A stretch of 62,000 bases of DNA from positions 25,192,001-25,254,000 of the forward strand of contig OX597819.1 in the NCBI GenBank assembly GCA_951406725.2, given 5' to 3'. The notes beneath the pieces were generated by a model. The model was given only the letters and a program-made list of their open reading frames with translations, did no database searches and was not told the DNA's origin. How positions within the stretch are numbered: the first letter of the stretch is position 1; every line of letters starts with the position of its first letter. The translations under genes were made by a program, and so were the position numbers. Below, in pieces: positions 14,391-28,900 of the stretch. Source of the stretch: Octopus vulgaris (taxonomy: Eukaryota).

Positions 14391-16678
14391 GAAAACATTT
14401 TCAAAACTACTTATTCTCACATGTCATATCAAAATATACAATTTTTTAACAATTAACTTCCATGCTTCAATAGGTGAATTGAAGCAAAACATATAAGGCA
14501 ACATCTGGAATCAGAAGAAACTTGTGTTAGTCAGTGATGGCTATAATTACTCTGTAGGGAAATTCATTGAAGAGTTTGTTAATTTGAATTACTTTGGGAA
14601 ATAAAAGTTCTACATAGCATCATTTGTAGTTTTTTAAGGAAGTGAATTAAAATGTGATGTAGATTCCTCTTTTCTCACAGTAAGTGAACTTACTGAAATC
14701 TTCATTCACTCTTCTATATTAATATAAGTATGGTCATAACTGAATAGTTGAAACCAGTAAAAAATAATGAATGAACAGAAACAACATAGAGTATTAAGTC
14801 CTCTTTAGTTTTGTAGATTACAAGGTAACCCTTCTAGTGCTGGTGCCTTTATGAAATTATAAATTTGTTTTTGGCCATTAAAATCTAATTGGCTTTCTTC
14901 TATTTGCTGCCACCCTGTTTCTGTTTGGTTAATTATTTTAAGGATTAGTTCATGGCACATAAAATATTATTGGAGAAAGAGCATTAGTTGCTTAGAGGTG
15001 TGACATGTGAATAAGCCATCTCACTGGTTATCTTGGTTGTTTTTTTATTTTAATTCCTTCGTGAAATAATGGTGAAAACTATGAAGAAAAAGCAAAGCAT
15101 ATTTAGAACTACCTTGATTTCATGTTTTCAGAATCAGAAATCTTGAATTATTTGATTTTCTTTGAGATTGTGATTAAATTGTGGTTAGATGGAAGTAACA
15201 GAGAAAATCAGAAAATGATGGAATGAGAACATTTGAAGATGAAATATATAAAAAAAAAAAAGACTCCAAAGAATTTCAAGTACAGTGAGAGAAAGAAAGG
15301 GAAGAAAATATGAAGGACTGAGAATGCAAAAAAAAGGCAAAAGCCAAACAAAGCAAGAAATATTGCATTGTAAAAAAAAAAAAATTATATATTGAAAACT
15401 AAGTTAATAGAAAATAAAATATGTACAAAACATGGACATGGAGTCATATGGTTTCTTAGTTGTGTTGGGTCTAAACTATAGCCGGTTTTAATTCATTTTT
15501 GTTTTGTTAATGTCCAGAAAATGGTCTTAAATGACTTTATGGTTGTCTATTTGACTTTTTATCATTATTATATTTTTTTAGTCAAAAGGAAAGGGCAGTG
15601 CCCATGACTGTTTACAGAGCTTTCAAGATTGATGGGAGGGTGGGAGGAAGTTATCTTCAAGCTGGAGATCTGGCCAAATGCTTCCAAAATACATCCGAAA
15701 TACCATGATAATGTGACTAGCACCTCTCAAATGTAAAAGAAATATTGAAATTATTTTCCTATTGATTATTTAAGTGTTTAAAAATGTCCATGGAGTACTC
15801 TTATTTTGAATGCACAAATATATGTTCCAAATATACATGTACGCGTGTGTGTGTGTTAATAAACATATAATTAGAAACAACCTCCTGTATTCAGTGAGTT
15901 TTGTAACATTTAATTATATTGTGTAACCAAATATTATTTAGATAGCTAATCCAAGTCCTTCTGGACTTGACTTAGCTTAACTATACCAGTGTTCACATAG
16001 TATGTATGAATGCAATGAGAAACATAGTTATTATATTTATTGTAAAGGCCATGGGAACTGTGCCTTCTCCAAGACAAAATTATCCAACCATCGTTTTCAA
16101 TGGGAATTTTCTCAGAAATTAGTACTTTGGCAGTATTATATTATAGCATGTCTTGACATAAAATACAGCTGGTTTTCAATTTCTGAGATAACCTGGTGGT
16201 TGAAGTGTTTAGCTCATGATCATAAGGTTATGGGCTCAATTTCTAGTGTGCTTCTTTTTCACATCTGAGTATTTCAGAGGATATTGACTAATATTTCACT
16301 CATCCACCCCCCAACTCCCATTTAACCATACATGTATATAAACTTTGAATTTTTATCATTTTATTTGCATTCTGATATCAAAATTTAAAACAAAAAATAG
16401 GATTAGTCTTGTAAGTGCCACCATTATCTGAATTAACAAATATCTGTCTGTCTGTCTATTGTGTGTGTATGCATACATACATAAAGGAAGAGAAACAACA
16501 TAAGAATAAATGATTATCTTTTGAACTTCATTAGTGTGCAACTGTTTCTGCTGAGATGCAGTGGACTCGGTTGAGTGTCTGAATAGCACCTTATAAGGTG
16601 CTTCATCAGAGCCTCGAATATGAAGTACAATTTATTTGGGAAAGAATTACATTTGTGTCTATACTGGGATTGGCACCA

Positions 16679-16714
<36 letters not shown>

Positions 16715-16716
16715 GT

Positions 16717-17026
16717 GGAGGCGCAATGGCCCAGTGGTTAGGGCAGCGGACTCGCGGTTGTAAGATCACGGTTTTGATTCCCAGACAGGGCCTTGTGAGT
16801 GTTTATTGAGCGAAAACACCTAAAGCTCCACGATGCTCTGGCAGGGGGTGGTGGTGATCCCTGCTGTACTCTCTCGCCACAACCTTCTCTCACTCTTTCT
16901 TCTGTTGGCCTGCCCGCTTAGCCAGTGGGGTGGCATCATTTGAAGGCTAAAACAATGTGAAGCACATTGTGACCAGCGATGTGTAGCAACATCTGATAGC
17001 CTGGTCGGTCACGGTAATCACAGTGA
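16717..17026 (+). mobile_element. tRNA-derived SINE, head A, tail type 2
   Basis: Same head; tail ends gtgaccagcgatgtgtagcaacatctgatagcctggtc; flanked by (at)n-gt direct repeats. Confidence 0.85.
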
Positions 17027-18020
17027 TATATATATATATGTAAATTGGATTTTGTAAAAAAATGCAAAAAATAAAGAAAACGAATGATAGCTATTATACA
17101 TCTATACATGTTGTTATCAACAATCATGTACAAAAAACACATCTGTCTGCTAATATTTACATATTATTTAAAGTAGTACATCTGATCATCATATTGCAGC
17201 ACAGTTGTGTTTGGGGCCTCTACTTTCTATGTTTTAAACTGAACTTCATAATGGCTATAGTAAATATTGCTTCCTTACTCTTGTATTAATGCTAATTAGT
17301 TTAATGCAAGGGGTCAATTTTTAACATAATTTCTATTGAGTTTGTTTTTTCACTTGATTTAGACAAAAATTTGGCATGCTGATTAAAACTAGTTTTCTTC
17401 TACCACTTCAAGTTTTTTCCTGCAGTTTACTATCTGAATAAGGGCTGCTCTGCTGCTTATATTATTTTATTGATAATAGGTATAAAACCATAACCATCAC
17501 TAACAAGCAAGAATAAATTGATAGAAATTGATAGGAATCTATCATGTTTTTAGGTGCCTATATTGTTGAAAACAGACATAAGCATCTCTTCAGCCCTTCT
17601 TCCTGTTGATTCAGGAGAATGTGCATTAAAGATTTTGATTGCTGGAGGAAGAGAGAACTGTCCCAGCACTTGACTGGTACCCATTTTCAGCTGTGTAGGA
17701 ATAAAGTGTCTTACTCAAGGAAGCGATGGAGCCATCCAATCCTGGAATCAAACCTATGACCTCATGATCATAATCCTAACCTTAACTACTGGGCCATATG
17801 CCATCCACATATACTAATTATACTAGTTATATATTAAACCTTCTAACTTTTAAAAAAACTGTTGTCTCCTTAACCCATCCATCTTCATTTCTCAACCTAA
17901 CAATTACATAATATGATATGTACTAACCAACTGACCACCATAATCAAGATACTTATGAAAGAATTTCTTTCACAGTGCCACTCTTTTCTGGTTACTAGTA
18001 TTCTATTATTACTTACTTAA

Positions 18021-18234
18021 CCCTTTTGTTACTGTATTTATTTTGAGAGGCTCTGTGTTTCTTTCAATTACTTTAAATATCACAAAGAATTTAGTAAAAT
18101 AACTTAGTTATCATTAAGCTAGTGTTGGGAACATAAATTGTGACTAAGGTTTGGTGGAAGATTTTAATTCAAAACTTATGAAAACAAGACATTTGTATTC
18201 AGAGCCGGTTTCAGCCGGGTTGGTAACGAAAGGG
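18021..18234 (+). mobile_element. piggyBac-type MITE; same family at 1-111 (minus, partial) and 44096-44315
   Basis: TTAA flanks, CCCTT termini and a shared body (tattttgagatgctctgtgtttctttcaatt..). Confidence 0.8.
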
Positions 18235-18570
18235 TTAAGCCCTTCTTTCTTGATGGAGTAAAGGCCGTTAATGACTTTTCTCTACAGTTACTGACTATCA
18301 GCTGTCTTTTCTGCTTCTTTCTGTCTAGATTCCTGCTTTTTATTTTGCCGCACAGTATCATATGCTTTTCCCGAGAGAAGGCCTTCCTCTCTCCCAGATC
18401 TTGTTGTTTCTGCATTGTCATCAATGCTTCTGTAACTTTACTTCTCTTTTAGGTAGTGGTTGGTGGCTTTGTGCAAACCCCATTTTTACTTCTGGAAGAG
18501 GTAGTCCATTTTAGTTTGGCCACTATCTTTTGACTTGCCAAGAGCTTGCACTCCATTGGTATAGTTCTCA

Positions 18571-18801
18571 GGCGGCGAGCTGGCAGAAACGTTAGCACAT
18601 CGGGCGAAACGCTTAGCAGTATTTCATCTGCTGTTACGTTCTGAGTTCAAATTCCGCCGAGGTCGACTTTGCCTTTTATCCTTTCAGGGTCAATTAAATA
18701 AGTACCAGTTACACACTGGGGTCGATATAATCGACTTAATCCGTTTGTCTGTCCTTGTTTGTCCTCTCTGTGTTTAGCCCCTTGTGGGCAGTAAAGAAAT
18801 A
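18571..18801 (+). mobile_element. tRNA-derived SINE, family C; older relatives at ~2930-3110, ~5660-5850, ~6050-6280, ~33220-33420 and ~60650-60850
   Basis: ggcggcgagctggcagaaacgttag..gagttcaaattccgccgaggtcgac; TSD ggtatagttctcagg at 18558-18572 and 18802-18816. Confidence 0.85.
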
Positions 18802-19280
18802 GGTATAGTTCTCAGGATTATTGAGGCACACAAGCCACCAAGGACTGGACCTTATCATGGGATATTATTATAATTGCTGTATATTCTGTTGAACAACATG
18901 GAAAAAAACTGAAAAAAATCATCTAAGGATTTGCTAATTATAGAATTTAGATCTTCATGATAATCTGTTCTGTCAAATTAAAGATTCAAAGTTTTCGTTT
19001 TTTAATTCTTCAATAGCTTTTAGTCATTGGACTGTGGCTATTCTGAGGAACTGTCTTTAAGGGTTTTAGTCTAGCATATCAGTCCTAGTAACTTACATAG
19101 TACATATTTCACTTTGAAAGATGTAAAGTGTAGCATGTCATAAAGGGAGATAATTTGCTGAATTTAAGTGCTGCTACATATTTCTATTCAAATATACTGG
19201 TTATTTACTTGACAAAGATCTAAACACACACACACACACACACACACAAGCACTCATACTATTCATCTGCGAGTCTCTTT

Positions 19281-19981
19281 GGATCTTTTCCTTTTGAACG
19301 GCAGACAATTTCTAGTTAACTAAACACTTTAAAACTTTGTATACTGGTAGAATGTGTCAAAATAAAACATTTTTTTCTCTTGGCTTTCTTGAGAAAATTG
19401 TAAGTTGTTTGTTTAACGTAGTTTAATTTTTCGAATTTTAACCAATCCTATGCGCTCTTTTGAGCTAAAATCATTTGCTGCATCTAAAACTGAGACAACA
19501 TCCTGTAACTAACCCTAACCCTAAATTTTTTTTTCTTAATTGTTAAATTAATTTAACTGTTACGCGTGTAAAAAAAACTAAAGCAATGGAAAATAATTTA
19601 AACAATTAACAAACAAAATAATTCTATAATTTTATACACACGCTTTCCGTTTATTTTACACGTGTAACAGTTAAATTAATTTAACAATTAAGGAAAAAAA
19701 AATTTATGGTTAGGGTTAGGGGGAGGTTTAGGGTTGGTTACAGGATGTTGTCTCAGTTTTAGACGCAGCAAATGATTTTAGTTCAATGGAGGTAATTGAT
19801 TGGTTAAAATTGCCAAAATGCTCGGATTTTCAGACGAAATGTCTTACAAACTATAGAATTTTCTCAATAAAACCAAGAGAAAATGATGTTTTATAAACAC
19901 ATTCTACCAGTATACGAAGTTTAAAACTTTTTAGTTACCTAGAAATTATGTTACAAACTGCCGTTCAAAAGGAAAAGATCC
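19281..19981. mobile_element. Foldback MITE with long inverted arms, 8-bp TSD (gtctcttt) and internal telomere-like repeats
   Basis: Ends GGATCTTTTCCTTTTGAACGGCAG and CTGCCGTTCAAAAGGAAAAGATCC; TSD at 19273-19280 and 19982-19989. Confidence 0.85.
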
Positions 19982-22900
19982 GTCTCTTTTATTGAGATCC
20001 TTTTGTGCACTACTTTTATAACCCCTCATTATCATGACTGATGATTTTGACTGTACATGTTGGACAACACATTACAAGCTTTCTTATATTATATGTATTG
20101 CATATGCTACTATTGAGATGTTTTCTTTACTAGCAAAAATCACTTTGAGCATGAGTTACTGTAAGTCACTTACCTTATGCACGAGAGAATCTATGTTGCT
20201 CAACATGCAAGAAATGCCAGCACGATCTCTACAGAACACTTGTATTTTGTACAGCCAAAGTTTTTTTCTGTGATTGTTATAATATAAGAATATATCTCTT
20301 TATGGAAGCTCTACATGAGCCAATGAGAATGTCATTATGTGCTCATTCAACCGGCTAGAAATAGCAGCTAAATTACCCTAATTTCACATGTTACCATGTT
20401 TGGAAAAGAAAAATAACATTGATTTGTGTAGTCCTTGATGCATTGTCTGAAGAAAAAAAGACATGTGGTTACTGATGAAAGGCTCTGATCATAAGTCTGT
20501 TTATCTGAAGATCTACTTTCACAATATCGCAGAAACAATCTTCACAGAACATCCTGCATTACCAAATTCTGTTAATAATAACTGTCATGTTAACCTCTAC
20601 ACTAACTTTTTAGACACCCTTATAACTTTAATCCTTTTTGAGTAGTTGTCAGTTAGTCATAGGCTAAAGCAAACAGAATTCCCATTTTCAAAGGCATTCC
20701 AAGTAGTTCAGGTCTGACTATGTGGTGAAGAAACATGCTTTGCAACCACATGGTCCAGTCCCATTGTGCAACATTTTGAACTAGTGTCTTCTACTATAGC
20801 CCCAGGCTGATCAAAGTATTGTAACTAGATTATTTGACAAAATGTGAAAGAAACCCATACATACATACATACACATGCATGCATGTATATATATATATAT
20901 ATATATCATCATCATCATCATCATCATTTAGCGTCCGCTTTCCATGCTAGCATGGGTTGGATGGTTCAACTGGGGTCTGTGAAGCCAGAAGGCTGCATCA
21001 GGCCCAGTCTGATCTGGCAGTGTTTCTACAGCTGGATGCCCTTCCTAACACCAACCACTCCGTGAGTGTAGTGGGTGCTTTTTACGTGCCACCCACACAC
21101 ACACACACGCACACATATTCATATATCTATGTATAAATGTGTGTGTGTTTTTGTGTGTTTTAACTCTTTCTCTTGACATTGCCTGCTAATCATTAATGAA
21201 GGGTCCCTGTCTTTAAGTGTCATTTGGTCTTCTATAACATGTCTGGCCATCAATGCCCTTTAGCATTTAGCTTATTCAGTCAAATGCTAATGCTTATCTG
21301 CTCACATTCTTTTGGATCAATCTACCATTATTTCATTGCTTCAAGATGTCAATGATGTGATTGTTTATTTTGAGAATGATAATGTAGCATAGAGAGGGAA
21401 AATATTTAGGTTGGATATGACCAGTTTAAATCGCTAAAGGGTTAACATTTGCCTCAGTGAATTTTATCTAATCCATACAAGCATGGAAAAGTAAACTTTA
21501 AAAACAAAGATGATAATGATTCTAGATGTGACCTTCCCATCTTATTTTCACACATAATATATCCTAAGACAAAATTATACAAAAGAATTTCAGATTTGAC
21601 CATACCATCTTATTCTAAAACGTTATGTGTCTTGGACTACTTAATCTAATGTTGATGTAACTTTCTTTTCTCAAGACAACATTGTGTGATTTAAGAATGA
21701 TTTTGACTGATATTTTTAACAGGTGAAATGACTTGCAGTAGTTCCTATATTTACTCCTTGATTTTAGTAATACTAATTCTACTAACCACTACAGGACTGC
21801 TGCCTTAAGAATCCCATAACACTACAACTACTAAACACAGCTAATTCAACCATTTCCTTATATCCTTCATTTTGTCCAAAACTTCTCACCTTTTTGCTTC
21901 TATTTAATTTACTCTTTTTACAATATCTCTCTCTCCTCTTTCCCTGTACATCTTTTATTTCAAAACATATTCTCATTCTATACTTTCCATTTACTAAATG
22001 TTATTCACTTCTCTATTTATTTATTTATTCATTTATGTTATTATTTATTTTTCCACTCATTTTTATCTAATTTTTTTTATTTATCTTTTATTTTTATTTT
22101 TTCCTCTCATTTGAAATTCTTTCTTCAATGCAATTACAGTTTAGAAGGTTTCTTTAAATTTAGAATATTTCTTTGAGTTGGGTAAAGAAATGCATTTTAC
22201 AATGGCTAAGTGTGTTTTTTTTCATTTTATTTATTTTTACCTTTAATAATTCAATTGTAAAATCAGTGTAGGAAGATGTTGACTACAAAGTTTGATTTTG
22301 GCAATGGGATATATTTTACTCGAGGTCATATTGCTTGTAATAAATTTTTGAACTCACGAATTTTCACATTTGTACAAACCATTACAAAAATTAATTGCAC
22401 CTCTATATTTGCTATTATATTTACCTATTTTTACCTATGCAATATATATCTCAACATTACAACATATTTTGTATGGGTAAAATGCAATTAAATTTCATAA
22501 CAGTTTGTACAAAAGTAAAATGTACATGATTTCTGGGCAAGTGCATTCTACTACAGTGTTGGCTTGACCAATAAATTATTAGTAGAATATCGAAAACAGA
22601 AACTGTGTGGAATCTTATTATAACGAAGCTCACAACCAGGTGATTGTGAAGTGACCTTCTTAACCACACAACCATGCCATCTATTATTATTATTAGTATC
22701 AATCGAGTATCGAAGTCAATGTAATTGACTAGTCTCCTCCCCCAAAGTTTCAGGCCTTGTGCATATAGTAGAAAGGATCATTATTATTATTATTGAGTGA
22801 GAGAGCAGTCCATGCCATCAAAATGACACTGGGGTAAAATATACAAAGCCCAGTATACCCATCATGACTACCAGTCTGACGAGTGTGTACCAGGCACATG

Positions 22901-23328
22901 CATCACAGCCATATGTACGCGACATGGTGATCTCATATCAAGAAAAACAGCGCATGATCTTGTAGGTGGGGCCCAGTTAGAATTTTCTTCTGGTTGAGTA
23001 ACCCATCCCACTCAAAAGGTCCCTGAATAAGGGTTGTTTAAGGGTGTTGAACGAAACACCCATGTTTCCAGAGGCGAATTTCCCCAACTACTCCTGCTCA
23101 TGATCAGAGATGCACATATCGTCAGCCACTAAGGGACATGCTCAACTGGTTAAGGTCAAACAACTGACAAGCAAATCTGTGGTATTGAGCAGAATATTTG
23201 CTTTAGCCCATCTTTTATACCAAGACAAAACAAGGTACATGATAACACTTCCAATCAGTTAAGATCAGAAGCCATGAGAGCCACTGCTTGGCACTGCCTT
23301 AGCGCATTTATTATTATTATAATTATTA

Positions 23329-23371
<43 letters not shown>

Positions 23372-23559
23372 CGTTATTGTTGTTGTTGTAATGTCACAGT
23401 TAAGTGATAAATGCTTTAATGTTTAGGTAAATGTTTAAGGATTGTTGTTATAATACTTTACAATATCTGTCAAAGAAAGAAGCATGCTAATCCCTTGAAT
23501 AGGCAATCAGGAAGTTGTTATACTCAACTCACATAGTTAAATGACATTTACGAGTGAAG

Positions 23560-23890
23560 GAAATGCACTAGTGAGCAGCAAGTACAGAGGTATCATGTTG
23601 GTAGACAAGGTTATGAAAGTTATGGAAAAAAAATTATTACAAGATCAATCAAGAACAAGATAGACCTAATGAGATGCAGTTTGGCTTTGTGTCAAGAATC
23701 ATCAGTAATACTGGATTTCCAGTGAGACAGCTGCAGGATTGATACTTAAGTTGGATTAAGCCTCTGTACTCTAAATAACCTGGAGAAGGGCTTTGACGGA
23801 ATCCTATGTTCTTTCATCTAATGGTTACACAAGAAATTAGGGGAAGATGAATAGCTTGTGATAGTCGCATGTTATTCATTAAGGTGAGGA
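23560..23890 (+). mobile_element. Degenerate RTE-clade reverse transcriptase fragment
   Basis: Broken frames give RGIMLVDKVMKVME, EMQFGFV, VRQLQ and LEKGFD. Confidence 0.75.
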
Positions 23891-24673
23891 TATAAAAATG
23901 CTTTCGTCTCCAAGTGCTGAGTACCCCTCTTACAGCACTGCACTTATTTTACAATAATCATCAAAGCATTATTAAATATATCTTTTATTTTCTTTCAGTG
24001 ACACCATTAACTTTAATATATATTTTATTTCTTTTCTTTCAGTTTATTTATTTGTTTATGAATTTTTCTATTGATTGATAAATCATATTCTTTTAATTCA
24101 TGCTTAATTAATATGCTTAATGAATGATAAAATTTGTATGAATTTTGTGACAATAATTGTCTCATAAAAGTGGTTTTCTTTTTTTTACATAAAAGCATAT
24201 ATTTCTTTGCCTTCACATACACAATAGATGCACGCATACACACACATATCCATTGGTTAAGTACTCAATGCAAAAGTAGAAAAGTGTAATGTCATAATTA
24301 ATCTGTGCTGATTCAGTCACCTGTTATCCTGGAGTTACTGCAACATATTGCTGAGCAATTGGTAAAGACAGGAAAAAACTGGTTAATCCAAATTTCTCTT
24401 GTCTCAGGAACCTAGTAAACTTGATATCTATGTATCTGTTTGTCTGTCTGTTTGTATATGTGTATGTGTGTCTGTCTGTAGGTCTATCTACATACTATTA
24501 TCATCATCATCATCATCATCATCATCATTCAACGTCTGCTTTCCATGCTAGCATGGGTTGGACGAATGACTGAGGGCTGGCGAACCAGATGGTGGCACCA
24601 GGCTTCAATCTTGATCTGGCAAAGTTTCTATAGCTGGATGCCCTTCCTAATGCCATGCCCTTCCTAACGCCAT

Positions 24674-24718
<45 letters not shown>

Positions 24719-26099
24719 ATATGTATGTGTGTGTGTGTATGTATGTATCATTATCATCATCATTTCATCCCATCTTTCATGTTGGCATGAATTGTTTAAC
24801 CACACAATTCATGTTGGTAGACAAGGTTATCAGAAGATTCAATTTTGTGCACCAAGGACTGCATCAAGCTCCATTATCTGTTTCATCATAATTTCTCTGG
24901 CTGGATGCCTTTCCTAACACCAACCACTTTATAGAGTGTTGTGGGTGGGTTTTTTTACATAATTCCAGCACTACTGATGTTGCCAAATAACAAGCAAGTC
25001 TAAGGAAAGAAAAAAAAACCCCTCTCAAATGAATGGGATTAAAATTAAAAAGTTGGTGACTTTGTATTGAGTGTTGAGAGACTAATGCATGAGAGAGACA
25101 GGTGTGGGTGTCTTGCTTCAGTGGAGATATGTGTCTACATTGCATTATATAAGGGTGGAAAAAATTATATAGCAGGAAAAAAATACAATGGTAGTGATGA
25201 CTATATGTCAAAGCATACTTTCAAGATACAGGAAGATGAGTATAAGAGAGAATACTGACAAAGAATCAGTAAGGATTTATCAGTAGATAAATCCAGTAGA
25301 GTGTGAGAGGAGAGTGACAGATGGTTAGTGATAGGTGTAGAGATGAATGTAGTGAATGGAATTTGGGTGGAGATGTGGTTGTTGGTAAATATCAATTTTA
25401 GAAAGAGGTGAAAGAATAAGAGTGACTGATGAAGGTGGAGGTGATAAGGAGGGCTAGGAGTGGCTGTGTGGTAAGTAGCTTGCTTACCAACCACATGGTT
25501 CTGGGTTCAGTCCTACTGCATGGCACCTTGAGCAAATGTCTTCTACTATAGCCTCGGGCTGACCAAAATCTTGTGAGTGGATTTGGTAGATGGAAACTGA
25601 AAGAAGCCCGTCATATATATGTATGTGTGTGTGTATATGTTTGTGTGTCTGTGATTGTCCTCCCCAACATTGCTTGAGAACCGATGCTTACAAAGAATAA
25701 GTCCTGGGGGTGATTTGCTCAACTAAAGGTGGTGCTCCAGCATGGCCACAGTCACATGACTGAAACAAGTAAAGAGTAAAAAGAGAGTAAGTGGGGAGAT
25801 AAACTGTATAATAGACCTGGTGGTAGATGAGAAAATATGAGGATGATTTGCAAGGTAAGTGAGAGAGAGAATAAGAAGAAAATAGATGCACAATAACAGA
25901 GATGGTTGCATAGGGGCAGTACATAGGGGTGGCTATAGTGACTGGAAGCCAAAGGAGTAGGGGACATGAATGGATGATGAGTAGGAGTGGCTGTGTGGTA
26001 AATAGCTTGCTTACCAACCACATGGTTCGGGGTTCAGTCCCACTGCTTGGCACCTTGGAGACTTCACAGCTTGATATGTATGCGTGTACGTATGTACAT

Positions 26100-26385
26100 C
26101 ATGTGACCGACCAGTCCATCAGATGTAGTTACACATCGCTGGTCACAATGCGTTCGCATTGTTTTAGCCTTCGAATGACGCCACCCTGCTGGCTAAGCGA
26201 GCAGGCCAACAGAAGAAAGAGTGGTGAAAGAGTACAGCAGGGATCACCCCCCCCCTGTCGGAGCCTCGTGGAGCTTTTAGGTGTTTTCACTCAATAAACA
26301 CTTACAACGCTCGGTCTGGGAATCGAAACCGCGATCCTACGACCGCGAGTCCACTGCCCTAACCTCTAGGCCATTGCACCTCCAC
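26100..26385 (-). mobile_element. tRNA-derived SINE, head A, tail type 2
   Basis: Reverse complement of the 16.7 kb copy; 12-bp TSD acgtatgtacat. Confidence 0.85.
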
Positions 26386-26646
26386 ACGTATGTACATACA
26401 TTGCAAATATAGGTTTGTGTGTGTGTATATGTTAATACACAACTACACATGAACATACTGCGCATAAACACACGTCTGGGTTTGTTTGAAGTTGAATCAG
26501 GTCCCCTTGCATTCTAAGTGCACACACACACACACACACACACCATCATCATTAATCATTCAACCCATGCTACCATGGCCATTAAATGATGATGATGATG
26601 ATGATTGTTGATGATATATAAAATATTTGTATATTTGTTTATATGT

Positions 26647-26694
<48 letters not shown>

Positions 26695-27250
26695 CATGTG
26701 TATGTATGTATCTGTAATTGTGGTTTTAGTTCCTTTAACTTTGGCACCACAAGAGTGATAATTGTTTGATGTTCAGGGTTTGTTGTGGCTTACCATCTTT
26801 GTGTTATTTAACTTGTGTCTCTTAATAAATGTTACTAACTGCTTACACTTTGCACTAGCCTCATTTTTTTTTTCCACATGTACTGGCTGTCATTCTTCCC
26901 ACACCATGCACACATACACACGCACACACACACACAAGATCTGCAATTATGATGCTCTTTAATATCTCCTTACTACTGAATATATGTTTTTACATATAAT
27001 GAGATTGATGGTGGTGGTAGGAGAGGCTCTGTGTGGTCATACTCCACCTGCTAGAAATAACAGTCAAGTCTTTTAAAATTTATATGCAACTATCTTTAAA
27101 AAAAATGGACAAATTGGATGATGTGGTTTAAGGTGTTTTGTGCCTGGAAAAGTATGGGATGTTCATGTCTGGAATGCTTTTGAGCGTACATCTGCTAGAT
27201 CAGGACTGACCTATGGCTGAATAACAACAGCATCAGCAGCAGCTACAGCA

Positions 27251-27611
27251 GTGGAGGCACAATGGCCCAGTGGTTAGGGCAGCGAACTCGCGGTCAGAAG
27301 ATCGTGGTTTCGATTCTCAGACCGGGCATTGTGTGTGTTTATTGAGCAAAAACACCTAAAGCTCTACGAGGCTCCAGCAGGAGGTGGTGGCAACCCCTGT
27401 TGTACTCTTTTGCCCCAACTTTCTCTCACTCTTTCTTCCTATTTCTTGTCCCCAACTTCCTACGCAGTCGCTGAGCCTGGATGCGCATTCATCCATCCGT
27501 CGGTGTTGGGGGTTGCCCTGCTTTCTCTTCTACAGGTCTTACAAATAGCAAAGGACCACATTTCGGACTTCTCCCATCTCGCGAGCTCTGGGACGAAGAC
27601 CGTTCACTCAA
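27251..27611 (+). mobile_element. tRNA-derived SINE, head A, tail type 3
   Basis: Same head with a different 3' half; inserted in a CAG-rich tract. Confidence 0.75.
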
Positions 27612-28900
27612 CAGCCACAGCAGCAACAGCAGCAACAATAATTCAAAGATCTATTATAGTGAGAGATTAAGAAGATTTTGTGATGTTCATGTCAACACTA
27701 GATATGTCAGGAAACTGAGTCAAAGAGAAATACAAGAAAGAAAATAGCAAATACTTGGCTGCAGTGCATAAGTGAGTGTTCCACATAAGTTATTTTGAAA
27801 TTTGTTTATTAGGAAACCATTATACAATGACTAAACCTGCTAGAAATAACAGCCAAGTCTATCTCAAATCACATTCAACTACTTAAAAAAAAAAATCGGA
27901 AGGATATGATATACACTGCATCAAAATATATACACTATATTAAAATATAAGTGGAATGATCATGTTGAAATAAAGTAAAGATGGGATGGTTGTTGCTAAT
28001 GGATTTTTGAACATACACCTGCTTCATCAGACCTGGGGCTAAACAACAAGAACTAATTTTGAATTTACAAAGTAATAAATCATTTTTACTGGTTAGGTAA
28101 TTTTTTTTTTTTTCTTTTCTGTTGTAAGACAAAATTCGATATTTCACTGTGATTTGTTTTGTATATGAAAATTAAGTCTAAAACAAGCTTACCAAAATTT
28201 TGTCTTGTGGTTTATATAATGAATCAATATTAGATTTTTCTTTGGAATAGATAATTTAACAATCATCTATTCAATCTTTATTAGCATTTTATGTCTGCTT
28301 TTCCATGCCAATATGGATTGAGTGTTTTTTTCTGAGATAGTGTTTTATGTTCAGAAGCCCTTGCTTTTGGCCATTTCTTTCAATATGCTGAAATGCAGTG
28401 TACCTGTCCAAAAAACCAGGACACACACACACAGTAAGCAATCATCTATTCCAATACTGATCAAATTTAAAATCTGTATTTAAAATTAGTATTTGAAGAT
28501 TATTGAGTTTGCAAATTCAGAAAAGAAAATGAAAATTTAAAACTGCAGATACTGAAAATGGCTACATAAAAGTTGTCCTGTTATATACATCAAGCCACAG
28601 ACCTCTAAGATTTAAAAAAATGATCTTAAAGGATCTGCAAACTTCATAATATATGTTAAATAGCAATGTTACAGAATCTCATAAGGAAAATGTCAAATGC
28701 TGACTTCCAGTTCACTGTGTACATGACCCAGGCATTGCATTCACAGAAACTGACAACACATAACTCATTGTACTGTGTAAATTTGTTGTATAGTCTAAAT
28801 TTGTATGGTGGACTGGAATATATCCCTTAAGATCATTGTATCATGCATATGACTAAACAAATCTTTTAAGACTGCTGTTCGACATACACTGATTTACTAA

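Noticed and set aside
16584-16612. CTGATGA-A-GCACC-ttataa-GGTGC on the minus strand, as a hammerhead
   Set aside because: No GAAA or helix III follows; at most a fragment or an 18-bp palindrome.
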